This document shows positions 29,599 through 38,878 of a DNA stretch of 64,000 bases, piece after piece. Both the position numbers and the translations under genes were made by a program. The stretch is from assembly GCA_043823745.1 (NCBI GenBank), contig JBDRAN010000056.1, forward strand, positions 5,144-69,143, given 5' to 3'. The first letter of the stretch is position 1. Every line of letters starts with the position of its first letter. The DNA comes from Candidatus Omnitrophota bacterium (lineage in GTDB: Bacteria > Omnitrophota > Gorgyraeia > Duberdicusellales > 4484-171). The notes under the pieces are model-generated. The model saw only the letters and a program-made list of their open reading frames with translations, ran no database searches and was not told the origin of the DNA.

Positions 29599-30453
29599 TT
29601 GCTTATCCTCGGTTGTCAAGTTTCCAGTGCAGGGAAAATCTATGAGGCGGTGGCGAGGGCAAAGAAGCTGGGTTGCAACACCATGCAGATCTTTGTCCGT
29701 AACCCCCGGCAATGGAGAAAGTCTTCGCTCGGCCCCGAAGACATCGCGCTCTTTAAGGAACGCGTTGCCCAAGAGCATATAAACCCCGTTATTGCCCACA
29801 TCCCGTATACGCTTAATCTTGCGTCCATCAAGCAGAGCTTTCATAAAGTAACAATCAGAGAGTTTATACAGGACCTTCTGGAGGCGCATAAGCTGGGTAT
29901 CCAGTTTTTAGTAACACATCCGGGTTCGCATAAGGGCGGCACCGAAGAGGAGGGCCTTGAAAAGATTTCGCAGGGTTTAAAGAAAATCCTTAAAGAAACT
30001 AAAAAAAATGCCTCAACGCAAATTTTGCTTGAGAACACCGCCGGAAGCGGCCGCTGGCTGGGGTATAAGTTTTCGCAACTACGCGTCATCTTTGAAGCGC
30101 TTAAATGGTCAGAGCGTCTGGGCTTATGTCTTGATACCGCGCATGCCTGGGCCGCCGGCTATAAAATAGATGAACGAGAGGGCGTTGAGGCGCTTGTTGC
30201 TGAAATCGACCGGGAAGTGGGACTTGACCGGCTTAAGGTGATTCATGTTAACGATACCAAGGATAAGCTTGATTCTCGCAGGGACCGTCATGCTGATATC
30301 GGCGCGGGGCAGATCGGTAAAAAAGGATTTTATTATATCGTCAATCACGCCAAACTCTCTCACGTTGCCTTTATTTTAGAAACACCGAAAGATAGCGACG
30401 AAGATGATATTCGTAATCTTGGTGTAATACGTAAATTGTATAGTGGCGGTTAA
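29599..30453 (+). CDS. nfo: Endonuclease IV (AP endonuclease family 2).
   Basis: Matches along its length to Nfo (QVSSAGKIYEAV...RNPRQW...HIPYTLNLAS...). A TTG start is inferred, so the exact start is uncertain. Confidence 0.8.
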   Translation: MLILGCQVSSAGKIYEAVARAKKLGCNTMQIFVRNPRQWRKSSLGPEDIALFKERVAQEHINPVIAHIPYTLNLASIKQSFHKVTIREFIQDLLEAHKLGIQFLVTHPGSHKGGTEEEGLEKISQGLKKILKETKKNASTQILLENTAGSGRWLGYKFSQLRVIFEALKWSERLGLCLDTAHAWAAGYKIDEREGVEALVAEIDREVGLDRLKVIHVNDTKDKLDSRRDRHADIGAGQIGKKGFYYIVNHAKLSHVAFILETPKDSDEDDIRNLGVIRKLYSGG

Positions 30454-30522
30454 AGAGCTTATCGATCAGGACCGTATTAGCGGTAATTCGCGTTTTTAAT
30501 TCGCGGTAATTAGCGTAAATCA

Positions 30523-32976
30523 ATGGAATACAACAAAACAATCGACAAAAAGTGGCAGGACTTCTGGGAACGCGAGCGCATCTTCAACACCGATGCGGCT
30601 ACTGCGCGCAATAAATATTATTGCCTGGTAATGTTTCCCTATCCGTCCGCAGCCTTGCATGTGGGCCATGCCCGCAACTACATTATTGGTGACGCGGTTA
30701 GCCGCTACAAGCGTATGAAAGGCTTTGACGTGCTTGCGCCCATGGGTTTTGACGCCTTCGGTCTTCCCGCGGAGAATGCCGCAATTAAAAGCGGGATCCA
30801 TCCCAAAACTTCAACGTTAAATAATATCGTTACCATGAAGAATCAACTTGCCTCCTGGGGTATTGGCTATGACTGGGAGCGCGAGGTCATTTCCTGTCTT
30901 CCCGAATATTACCAATGGACACAGTGGATCTTTTTAAAGCTCTACGAAAAGGGCCTTGCCTATAAAAAGAAAGCCGCCGTCAACTGGTGTTCTTCCTGCA
31001 TGACCGTACTTGCCAATGAGCAGGTGGTAAATGGCTCTTGCGAGCGCTGTGATACCAACGTTGTTGAGCGCGACCTTTCCCAGTGGTTTTTTAAGATCAC
31101 CGATTACGCGCACGTCTTGCTTGATGATATCAAGCTTCTGACTCGCTGGCCCGAGCGCGTTAAAACTATGCAGACGAATTGGATCGGTAGAAGCACCGGT
31201 GTGAACATTAATTTTAAGGTCGAGGGCAGTTCAAGCATACTTACTTGTTTCACCACGCGCGTTGATACTATTTTTGGCGTTACCTACATGGTGCTTGCTC
31301 CGGAGCATCCGGCAATTCCCGATTTAATTAAAGATAATTCTGATCGCGAAAAGATTTTAGCATGTATCGAAGCTGCCCGCGTGCAGGATAAAGCCGAGCG
31401 TTCCTCAGCCCAGGCTGCCAAGAACGGTATTTTTACCGGCCACTACGTAATAAATCCCGTAAATGGCGAGCGTGTTCCCTTATGGATCGCCAATTACGTT
31501 TTAATGGAGTACGGCACCGGCGCAGTTATGGCAGTGCCCGCTCACGATGAGCGCGATTTTCAGTTTGCCAAAAAATATAATCTTGGCCTAAAGGTCGTCA
31601 TTGATAATCCCAAACAACCGCTTCATGCCGCTTCAATGAGCGCTGCCTACGTTGATAGCGGTGTTATGGTAAACTCTAACCAATTTAACGGCATGACGAA
31701 TGGTGCAGCTATGGAGAAAATTGCCGACTGGATGGAAACAAAAAAAATCGGCGCTCGCTCGGTGCATTTTCGCCTGCGTGATTGGTTGATTTCCCGGCAG
31801 CGTTACTGGGGCGCGCCTATCCCGATTGTTTATTGTAAATCCTGCGGAGAGGTTCCGGTTCCTGAAAAAGATTTACCGGTCCTGCTGCCTGAGAACGTTG
31901 CTTTTAAGCCTACCGGCCGCTCTCCGCTTAATGATAGTCAGGATTTTCTTAATACCGCGTGTCCCCGTTGTGCCGGCGCTGCTACGCGCGAGACCGATAC
32001 CATGGATACGTTTGTTGATTCAAGTTGGTATTTTCTGCGCTATATTTCTCCTCACGATGCGCATCAGCCTTTTGAAAAGAGCCTGGTGAACAAATGGCTT
32101 CCGGTTGACCAATATATCGGAGGAGTAGAGCATGCGATTCTGCATCTTTTATATTCACGTTTTATCACCAAAGTTATCCATGATTTAAGGTACGTTGATT
32201 TTAAAGAGCCTTTTAGCGCGCTCTTTACCCAAGGCATGATTGTTAAATCCGGCGCCAAGATGTCCAAGTCAAAGGGTAACACCGTGGCACCCGACTATAT
32301 TATCGAGAAATACGGCGCTGACGTGATGCGGCTCTATATTCTTTTTATGGGCCCGCCGGAGAAAGATGCGGAGTGGCAGGACGAAGGCCTGCAGGGCGCC
32401 TGGCGCTTTATCCAGAGGGCGCTGCGCTGTGTGGATATGGTGCGCGATTATCGCGATATGCCTGCGGAGGGAGAGTTTAATAATTACGAAAAAGATTTAG
32501 TGCGTAAGATCCATTCAACGATTAAAGATGTAACCGAAGACCTTGAAGGCGCGTTTCAGTTTAACACTGCTATCTCGCGCATCATGGAGCTGGTTAATCA
32601 GATCTATAAAAGCATCAATGAAGGAACGTTACGCAAAGAGATCTTTAAAGAAGCAGTGGAAACGGTTTTTTTGCTTCTTTCTCCGTTTACTCCGCATATC
32701 TGTGAAGAGGTCAATGAAGCCCTGGGAAATCGCGGTTCGATCTTGCGTCGGTCCTGGCCAAGCTTTAAAGAAGAGCTTTTAAAAACAGAGGAAGTCGAAA
32801 TCGCCATCATGGTAAACGGTAAAGTGCGCGAGAAACTTATGATCAATGTCAGCTGGGGTAAAGACGAGATCGAGAACAAAGCGCTTAAGCTCGATAAGGT
32901 AAAAAACTTCCTTGGTGCTACTGTGCCCAAAAAGATCATCTACGTAGAAAAACGCATGCTTAATATAGTGGCATAA
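30523..32976 (+). CDS. leuS: Leucine--tRNA ligase.
   Basis: HVGHARNY (HIGH), the CP1 editing domain and KMSKS, 817 aa. Confidence 0.95.
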   Translation: MEYNKTIDKKWQDFWERERIFNTDAATARNKYYCLVMFPYPSAALHVGHARNYIIGDAVSRYKRMKGFDVLAPMGFDAFGLPAENAAIKSGIHPKTSTLNNIVTMKNQLASWGIGYDWEREVISCLPEYYQWTQWIFLKLYEKGLAYKKKAAVNWCSSCMTVLANEQVVNGSCERCDTNVVERDLSQWFFKITDYAHVLLDDIKLLTRWPERVKTMQTNWIGRSTGVNINFKVEGSSSILTCFTTRVDTIFGVTYMVLAPEHPAIPDLIKDNSDREKILACIEAARVQDKAERSSAQAAKNGIFTGHYVINPVNGERVPLWIANYVLMEYGTGAVMAVPAHDERDFQFAKKYNLGLKVVIDNPKQPLHAASMSAAYVDSGVMVNSNQFNGMTNGAAMEKIADWMETKKIGARSVHFRLRDWLISRQRYWGAPIPIVYCKSCGEVPVPEKDLPVLLPENVAFKPTGRSPLNDSQDFLNTACPRCAGAATRETDTMDTFVDSSWYFLRYISPHDAHQPFEKSLVNKWLPVDQYIGGVEHAILHLLYSRFITKVIHDLRYVDFKEPFSALFTQGMIVKSGAKMSKSKGNTVAPDYIIEKYGADVMRLYILFMGPPEKDAEWQDEGLQGAWRFIQRALRCVDMVRDYRDMPAEGEFNNYEKDLVRKIHSTIKDVTEDLEGAFQFNTAISRIMELVNQIYKSINEGTLRKEIFKEAVETVFLLLSPFTPHICEEVNEALGNRGSILRRSWPSFKEELLKTEEVEIAIMVNGKVREKLMINVSWGKDEIENKALKLDKVKNFLGATVPKKIIYVEKRMLNIVA

Positions 32977-33020
32977 GTTCAATGGCACCCCTTGCTCAAT
33001 ACGTTTTACTAATCACTTAT

Positions 33021-33215
33021 ATGCCAGAATACATTTGCCCTCATTGTAAAAATCCTATTTATGACGACGAGGCTACGTTGTGTCTTTATTGTGGTGAGAG
33101 TCTGGATCGGGCCATCGGCTTTATGGGAAGGATAAAGTACTCGAGGCCAAAAGTAATCGCTATCACCGTTACGCTCGCGGCGATATTGAGTTTTCTTCTG
33201 TTTGTGCTGAGGTGA
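33021..33215 (+). CDS. Small zinc-ribbon protein with a C-terminal TM helix (hypothetical).
   Basis: CPHC...CLYC followed by a hydrophobic tail. The track ORF begins at 32982. Confidence 0.35.
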   Translation: MPEYICPHCKNPIYDDEATLCLYCGESLDRAIGFMGRIKYSRPKVIAITVTLAAILSFLLFVLR

Positions 33216-33467
33216 TTTTTTCATAAGTTTGCCTTGGTAATTCCTGTGATATTTTAAGTCTTTCTTACTGGTGGAGGTGTGGTATAATCAATATGTAACG
33301 ATGCAGTAATCGTTTTTTAGGGTCCCTTATATGTGTTCAAACGGGTAATAAGGTATTTCAAAAAAGAGACGGAGGTGCTTTATAGGTAATGTAGGGTAAT
33401 GGTCACAGGGGTTCGTGTTAAAAGTTTCAGGTACGAGTAGGTGTAGCGAGAAAAATGGAGGTTTACA

Positions 33468-33674
33468 ATGCACACAGGAAAAATTAAAAAATTGGTTCTC
33501 GATAAAGGGTTTGGTTTTATAGCCGACGCTGACGGCACCGATGTGTTTTTTCACAAGAGCAATCTTGTGGAGATTACGTTTGAAACCTTGACCGGCGGGG
33601 AAGAAGTTACTTTTGAAGTTGAAAAAGGCCCCAAAGGGGCACGCGCGATTAACGTGACCCTTGTGAATAAATAG
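33468..33674 (+). CDS. cspA: Cold-shock protein (CspA family).
   Basis: KGFGFI RNP1 motif and VFFHKS, 68 aa, with a long 5' UTR. Confidence 0.9.
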   Translation: MHTGKIKKLVLDKGFGFIADADGTDVFFHKSNLVEITFETLTGGEEVTFEVEKGPKGARAINVTLVNK

Positions 33675-33689
33675 GTAGATTCGATCTTA

Positions 33690-33729
33690 AAATGTGTCCC
33701 TGCGCGTTTTTGCGTCGGGACACATTTTA
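33690..33729 (+). terminator. Long hairpin downstream of csp (AAAATGTGTCCC...GGGACACATTTT).
   Basis: Inverted repeat about 16 nt after the stop. It lacks a clean T-run. Confidence 0.45.
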
Positions 33730-34387
33730 GGTATAATCCAACTGTGTCCGACAGAAGAGCGCCTCAGTATTCTTCGCTAACGTAAAATATCTGCTCTCTT
33801 AATGGAAAAGCAGTATAGAATAAACCAACTGGAAATATTTTCTGAAAGGGGATCGTGACAATCTTGTTAACTATGCTTCCGGGCGCCTATCACCAAATGA
33901 GATAACGAAGATGTCCGGCTGTCCGTATACTGGAAAAATATTCTGCCCATCAGAAAATTTTTCCAGAACAGCTCGGACACGCCAGCTTCGCTGTCAGATT
34001 TTTCGGGAGCGTCTCGGCCAATAGGCTTTGCTGATTCCGCGTGAAAATTTTTAACAAAATTTTCACGCTATACAGGAATCGCGAAGGATTAATTCGGCAA
34101 CGCACTTTTGGTCTTTGAAAGTAAAATATTTTAGTCATTGCTCCGACTCACAAAGATGTTGTGAAATTCTCTTTGATAATTTCACAACGTTCGTCGGGGT
34201 TAATCCCCTACGGGGACAATTCAGCTAAGCCTTTTTATAAAGAAGCAAAAAGGCAAGCTTCATTGTTCGCACTATAATTTTTGATGCGTCTTGGAGACTT
34301 GTAAAAGTAGGGGTTTCATTGTCCCTTGCGCCTACATACCGGTTACATTTCCCTGAAATGTAACCGGAGCGCCTCGGGATTAATTCT

Positions 34388-34478
34388 CCCCATTTTGCAC
34401 CCGATAGGTTTCTTTCGCAATTTCCTCACCGCAGGGCGGCAAGGAAATTGTGAAAATATCAATGGAGGCAAAATGGGG
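34388..34478 (+). ncRNA. Copy C of the conserved hairpin element. The outer stem is CCCCATTTTGC/GCAAAATGGGG (compensatory changes relative to A and B) and the inner hairpin carries a 17-nt insertion.
   Basis: Two compensatory base-pair substitutions keep the outer stem intact, with a G:U wobble in the inner stem. It lies 17 nt upstream of the AAGGAG SD and ATG at 34495. Confidence 0.5.
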
Positions 34479-34494
34479 ATCATTAAGGAGTCAA

Positions 34495-35133
34495 ATGGAA
34501 AAACAGTCACCGATTGGGCCGGATATTGCGGGGTTAATTACTAAACTACAAGAGCAGATCACTTCGTTGGAAAGGAAGGTTGATGTTTTGATCAACCGTT
34601 CTTTATCAAAACCGGCTGAAAGTAAACCTGCCCCTCAGTCTTTTTCTAAGCCTCTTCCTCAGCCGGGAAATACGTTCGCTCAAGCCGTAGGACGGCACGA
34701 TAATCGTTTTCAGCCGCACACTCGGCCGGATAATCGCTTTCAGTCTCAGGCAGGAATAAGGCAGGACAATTACTTTCTGAATGGAAACAGGCAGGATAAT
34801 CGTTTTCAGACCGGTAGTCATGACAATCGTCAGAGAGAACGCATTCTGCATAAGGCTATTTGCGCCGAGTGTAAGAAAGAATGCGAAGTTCCTTTCAGGC
34901 CTATTGAGGGGCGTCCGATATACTGCCAGGGCTGCTTTGCGCGCCGTAAAGCCATAACCTCGTTTAAACCAAACTTTGACAAAAGGCCGCAGGAATTAAT
35001 TCCTGCTCGGACAACCCTTGTTGGTGTACCTTATGCCGGTAAATCGCAGACGAGTGAAAAGAAAAAGAGTGACACAAATAAAAAGCCTGCCGGAAAGAAA
35101 AAGACGGTTACCAAAAAGAAATTGAGAAAATAG
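34495..35133 (+). CDS. Hypothetical protein with five (H/P/Q)DNRFQ repeats, a C-terminal CxxC...CxxC zinc ribbon and a Lys-rich tail.
   Basis: AAGGAG SD 5 nt upstream. Repeats HDNRFQ, PDNRFQ, QDNYFL, QDNRFQ and HDNRQR; motif CAECKKEC...CQGC. Confidence 0.55.
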   Translation: MEKQSPIGPDIAGLITKLQEQITSLERKVDVLINRSLSKPAESKPAPQSFSKPLPQPGNTFAQAVGRHDNRFQPHTRPDNRFQSQAGIRQDNYFLNGNRQDNRFQTGSHDNRQRERILHKAICAECKKECEVPFRPIEGRPIYCQGCFARRKAITSFKPNFDKRPQELIPARTTLVGVPYAGKSQTSEKKKSDTNKKPAGKKKTVTKKKLRK

Positions 35134-35380
35134 GATGATGGGCGACCGAAGGATTTGATCTTCACGTTCCGTGGGAATGCTGCATTGGGCCGTATTACGT
35201 GTAGATTAATAAGCTACAAATCCCGGGAAAACAGCGCATGCCGGTTTTTAGCATTGGAGTGATGTAAGGAGGAGGCGACAATGGCAGATATGAGCAATAA
35301 ACCGGAATTTGAACACACAATAGAAGCAGAATAAAACTCAAAACGGGCAAGAGAGAATATTTTATCCCATCCGATATAGA

Positions 35381-36064
35381 ATGAAGAGTGTTTGTTTAAT
35401 AATTTCAATTCTCATGATCCCTTTCATCTGCTTTGCAGAAGAGCCTGCTATCGTCGATGTTGCCGCTCCCCGAATAATAAACAATAACGCGTATATTCTT
35501 TATGTTCCAGGCGGCATGAAAGCTGACCACAGGTATCCTTTGGTGGTGGCGCTTTCTCCAAATGCGCATGCTGAGTCTATGCTGGGAGCTTGGAAAGACG
35601 TATCGGAAAGATATAAGTGGATTATTCTTGCTTCACGGGAACATAAAAACGGAATGGATTTCAAGGTTATCGGTAGCGCTCTCTCAAGTACCATCAGGGC
35701 GGTGGTCGCGCGCTATCCTGTGGATGAGAAAAAGATCATCGCGACAGGTTTTTCCGGCGGAGGAATGTCAGCTCATTATCTTTCCATGGCATATCCAAAT
35801 TTGATATCGGCGGTCGTTGTTAATACCGCAATGATCAATGAATACTATTTCGGCGGTAAGCATTATGGTTATCCGAGGAACAAAATTGCAGTTTTTTTAG
35901 CCAGCCCAACTGATTTTCGGTACGAACAGATGAAGCTTGATCGTAATTTCCTGGAGCGCATTGGCTGGAAAACCAGATGGATTGAGTTTGAAGGAGGCCA
36001 CGCCATAGCGCCTGCTAAAGCTTATCAGGAAGCCGCGGTGTGGCTTATCGAGGAATTACATTAA
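35381..36064 (+). CDS. Secreted alpha/beta-hydrolase esterase (PHB-depolymerase-like).
   Basis: Signal peptide, GFSGGG (GxSxG) nucleophile elbow and a late His. Confidence 0.65.
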   Translation: MKSVCLIISILMIPFICFAEEPAIVDVAAPRIINNNAYILYVPGGMKADHRYPLVVALSPNAHAESMLGAWKDVSERYKWIILASREHKNGMDFKVIGSALSSTIRAVVARYPVDEKKIIATGFSGGGMSAHYLSMAYPNLISAVVVNTAMINEYYFGGKHYGYPRNKIAVFLASPTDFRYEQMKLDRNFLERIGWKTRWIEFEGGHAIAPAKAYQEAAVWLIEELH

Positions 36065-36122
36065 AGAATTCAGGTCTGATTTCAATTGATCGTGTTCTCG
36101 AGATCTGCACGAGGAGGTAGAG

Positions 36123-36566
36123 ATGAATGAAAAGACGCTTCGTATCGTTAGTTTTGCACTATTGGCCGACACTCTGGTCTATGGTGCTGTGGTTTTTTTA
36201 TTGCACAAAAATAATATACAACATTCTATGCACGGTACATCGCAATGGTATTTTGTGCTGGTGCCGGCTTTGGTAATCCTTTTTGGAGCGGGTAGTTTTA
36301 AAAAAATATTCTGGGATCTTCAGAAAAAGCAGGCAGCAATCGGGTCGCAGGAGATATTCTTTCGGAAAATTTATATCGTAACGATTATTACCTTAGGGAT
36401 GGTTGATTCCCTGGGCATTCTTGGCCTCATTATTTTTATCCTTACCGGGGCGATGAATTTACCCGTTCTTCTGCTCGTTCTTTCTTTCGCGGGAAAACTC
36501 ATTAATTTTCCTACAGGAGAATATATTAATAACAAAAAGCGTGAGCTTAATCTTCCCCCGCATTGA
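36123..36566 (+). CDS. Hypothetical membrane protein with four TM helices.
   Basis: Hydrophobicity pattern only. Confidence 0.4.
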   Translation: MNEKTLRIVSFALLADTLVYGAVVFLLHKNNIQHSMHGTSQWYFVLVPALVILFGAGSFKKIFWDLQKKQAAIGSQEIFFRKIYIVTIITLGMVDSLGILGLIIFILTGAMNLPVLLLVLSFAGKLINFPTGEYINNKKRELNLPPH

Positions 36567-36659
36567 TTTTTTGAAAAAGCTAGAATTTTAGATTTCAATG
36601 TGAAATGTTTTGATTCGTGGTAATTCGCGTCCCCATAAATCGTGTAAATTCGTGCTGTC

Positions 36660-36995
36660 ATGTTTACCCTCACCGCCCGCGAGCGTAAGGCGTTACTTTT
36701 TATCGCACTGGTGATCATCGTCGGCGCGGCTGTGCGATACTACTGGATTAAAACAAAAACAAACGCCCCAGTTTCTTACGTAGAGCGGCAGGCCGCACCC
36801 ACCACGCTTATTAATGTCAATAACGCGCACGCGGAAGATTTAGAAAAAATTCCCGGCATCGGACCGGAACTTGCCCGTCGTATCATTGCGTTTCGCGCTC
36901 AAAACGGCACATTCAAAACACTTTCAGATCTAACGAAGATAAAAGGTATTGGCGCTAAGAAAGTGAAGGCGATAGAGAAGTATATTGCTTTTTAG
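36660..36995 (+). CDS. comEA: Competence protein ComEA (helix-hairpin-helix DNA binding).
   Basis: Signal anchor plus (HhH)2 motifs IPGIGPELARRII and IKGIGAKKVKAI. Confidence 0.8.
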   Translation: MFTLTARERKALLFIALVIIVGAAVRYYWIKTKTNAPVSYVERQAAPTTLINVNNAHAEDLEKIPGIGPELARRIIAFRAQNGTFKTLSDLTKIKGIGAKKVKAIEKYIAF

Positions 36996-37109
36996 CTCTT
37001 GGTTTTGGCCAAAAGAAAAAGCCAAGCCACGGCCCTCTGGCCAGCAGCTTACAGCTATTAGCCATGACGACGGATACAAACGCTGGAGACTGAAAGCTTA
37101 TCCTTAAGT

Positions 37110-38537
37110 ATGTTACAAACAATCTTTAAGCCCCGTCACCTTAACCTCTGGCTTTTTATTGCAGTTGCTTGTGGTATTGTCCTTGCTTCATGGGTGAATT
37201 TTTTTTGGGTGTTTCTGTTTCTTGCACTCGCAGCTGTCTGTGCGGTTTTTTTCTTTCATAAAAAAAATCGTTTCATTGCCTCCGATATTTCTATCCTTTT
37301 TTTATTTGTAAGCCTCGGCGCTACGCTTGCAAGTGCGTCCTATCAGGATCCGGAGGCATTATTGGAACGCGCGCTTACCTATGAAGTCGCGGTAACTTCT
37401 TTGCCGCAAATCCAAGGCCCGCGCCATGTTTTTACCGCCACTGCTACTGCCTGCGGTATTCGTCTAGCCCGGCCGGTGCGCGTGGTTGATTATACCCGTT
37501 CCATGGAGTTTCGTGCGACCTATAAAGTTTTGGCGACCTTGCGTGCGCGTATCTATGAGGGGAATTCATTTTATACGTTGTGGATAAAGTCAAATGCTTC
37601 GCCTATTTCGCAACCAATGAACGTGGTTGATAGGTTTAACCAGAAAACAGCGCTTTATGTGCTTGATGTTTTTAAGAAAAACGTAAGCGAGGAAGGGTAT
37701 CGTTTTCTTTCCTCGGTATTTTTGGGCAGGCGCGAACTCTTTCGGGAGGGAGGCCGAATTTTTACTGATGCAGGTATCGCGCACCTGCTTGCTATCAGCG
37801 GTTCGAATATCGCGCTTACCGGCCTTGTTTTCTTTTTTATCGCGCGCATGTTTTATATGCCATACCGGCCGGCGATTATTACGTCCCTTATTTTTATCAT
37901 TATCTATACGGTTATCAGCGGCGCTAATCTTCCGACGGTACGCGCGACGCTGATGTACTCTATTTTTACCGCAGGGTTTTTTTTGCAACGTAAGATAAAC
38001 CCTTTTAATTCATTAGGCCTTGCGGGCCTGGTGTGCTTATTGCTGAATCCCGCCTCGCTGTACGACGTGGGGTTCCAGTTGTCGTTCCTCTCGGTTGGGT
38101 CGCTGATTGCCGGATTTAAAATCTTTCCTTTTCGTGCTACGCGTTTTGCGTTCATCAATGGTGCGGCCTATACTTTGTTTTCGTCGGTTTATGTTTCGAT
38201 TGTAATCCTACCCCTTGTTTCGCACTATTTTGGCAGGGTGTATTGCGCCGGGATTCTTTATAACGTGATCCTGATCCCTTTTTTCAGCGGTATTTTAATC
38301 ATTAATTTTCTGCTCTTGATTTTTTCTCCCTTTGCGCCTCTCGCGCAGGCTATCGGCGCGGTACTTTCGCTGCTTATATATGTATTCGATATTCTCGCTG
38401 CCCGCCTCGGGGGCTTGAGGTTCTCGTTTATTGATTTTACCTTTCCGTTGTGGTTGGTCACCGTATATTATGTGTTGCTTATTGTGTTTCTATGGTATTG
38501 GTATCGTTCTCCTCGCCATCGACAGCATGGCCTGTAG
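37110..38537 (+). CDS. comEC: ComEC/Rec2 competence channel protein, short form lacking the metallo-beta-lactamase domain.
   Basis: Competence domain GIAHLLAISGSNIALTG, multiple TM segments, 475 aa. Confidence 0.75.
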   Translation: MLQTIFKPRHLNLWLFIAVACGIVLASWVNFFWVFLFLALAAVCAVFFFHKKNRFIASDISILFLFVSLGATLASASYQDPEALLERALTYEVAVTSLPQIQGPRHVFTATATACGIRLARPVRVVDYTRSMEFRATYKVLATLRARIYEGNSFYTLWIKSNASPISQPMNVVDRFNQKTALYVLDVFKKNVSEEGYRFLSSVFLGRRELFREGGRIFTDAGIAHLLAISGSNIALTGLVFFFIARMFYMPYRPAIITSLIFIIIYTVISGANLPTVRATLMYSIFTAGFFLQRKINPFNSLGLAGLVCLLLNPASLYDVGFQLSFLSVGSLIAGFKIFPFRATRFAFINGAAYTLFSSVYVSIVILPLVSHYFGRVYCAGILYNVILIPFFSGILIINFLLLIFSPFAPLAQAIGAVLSLLIYVFDILAARLGGLRFSFIDFTFPLWLVTVYYVLLIVFLWYWYRSPRHRQHGL

Positions 38538-38550
38538 CTTTGACTTAAGG

Positions 38551-38756
38551 AAGTCAAACTACGGCCCTCTGGCCGGGGGCTTTGGCTATGTACCTCGCGC
38601 TTAAAGGTATTGCGCGAGCATTGCCCCTCTGGGCAAGAAGTCAAACTACGGCCCTCTGGCCGGTGGCTTTGGCTATGTACCTCGCGCTTAAAGGTATTGC
38701 GCGAGCATTGCCCCTCTGGGCAAGAAGTCAAACTACGGCCCTCTGGCCGGTAGCTC
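38551..38756. repeat. Tandem array of an 87-bp unit, about 2.4 copies. Each unit carries two CTCT-loop mini-hairpins (CGGCCCTCTGGCCG, GCCCCTCTGGGC) and a CGCGC...GCGCG hairpin.
   Basis: Units at 38551-38637, 38638-38724 and 38725-38756 differ at about 2 positions. Confidence 0.85.
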
Positions 38757-38878
38757 GGAGCTTATATCTGACAGTTCTTTATTTGGTTTGACAAAAAGCC
38801 TCGATTTTGATATAGTTTTTAAGATTTACCCCCCTGATACCCGCTCGTACGGCGTCACGAACGCATAGGCGGGAAGGA

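Noticed and set aside
38551-38756. Possible CRISPR array or protein-coding gene (track ORF 38468..38731 on the minus strand; 38582..38791 on the plus strand).
   Set aside because: The 87-bp units are near-identical and directly tandem with no spacers. The 'proteins' are simply translations of the repeat (SQSHRPEGRSL iterated).
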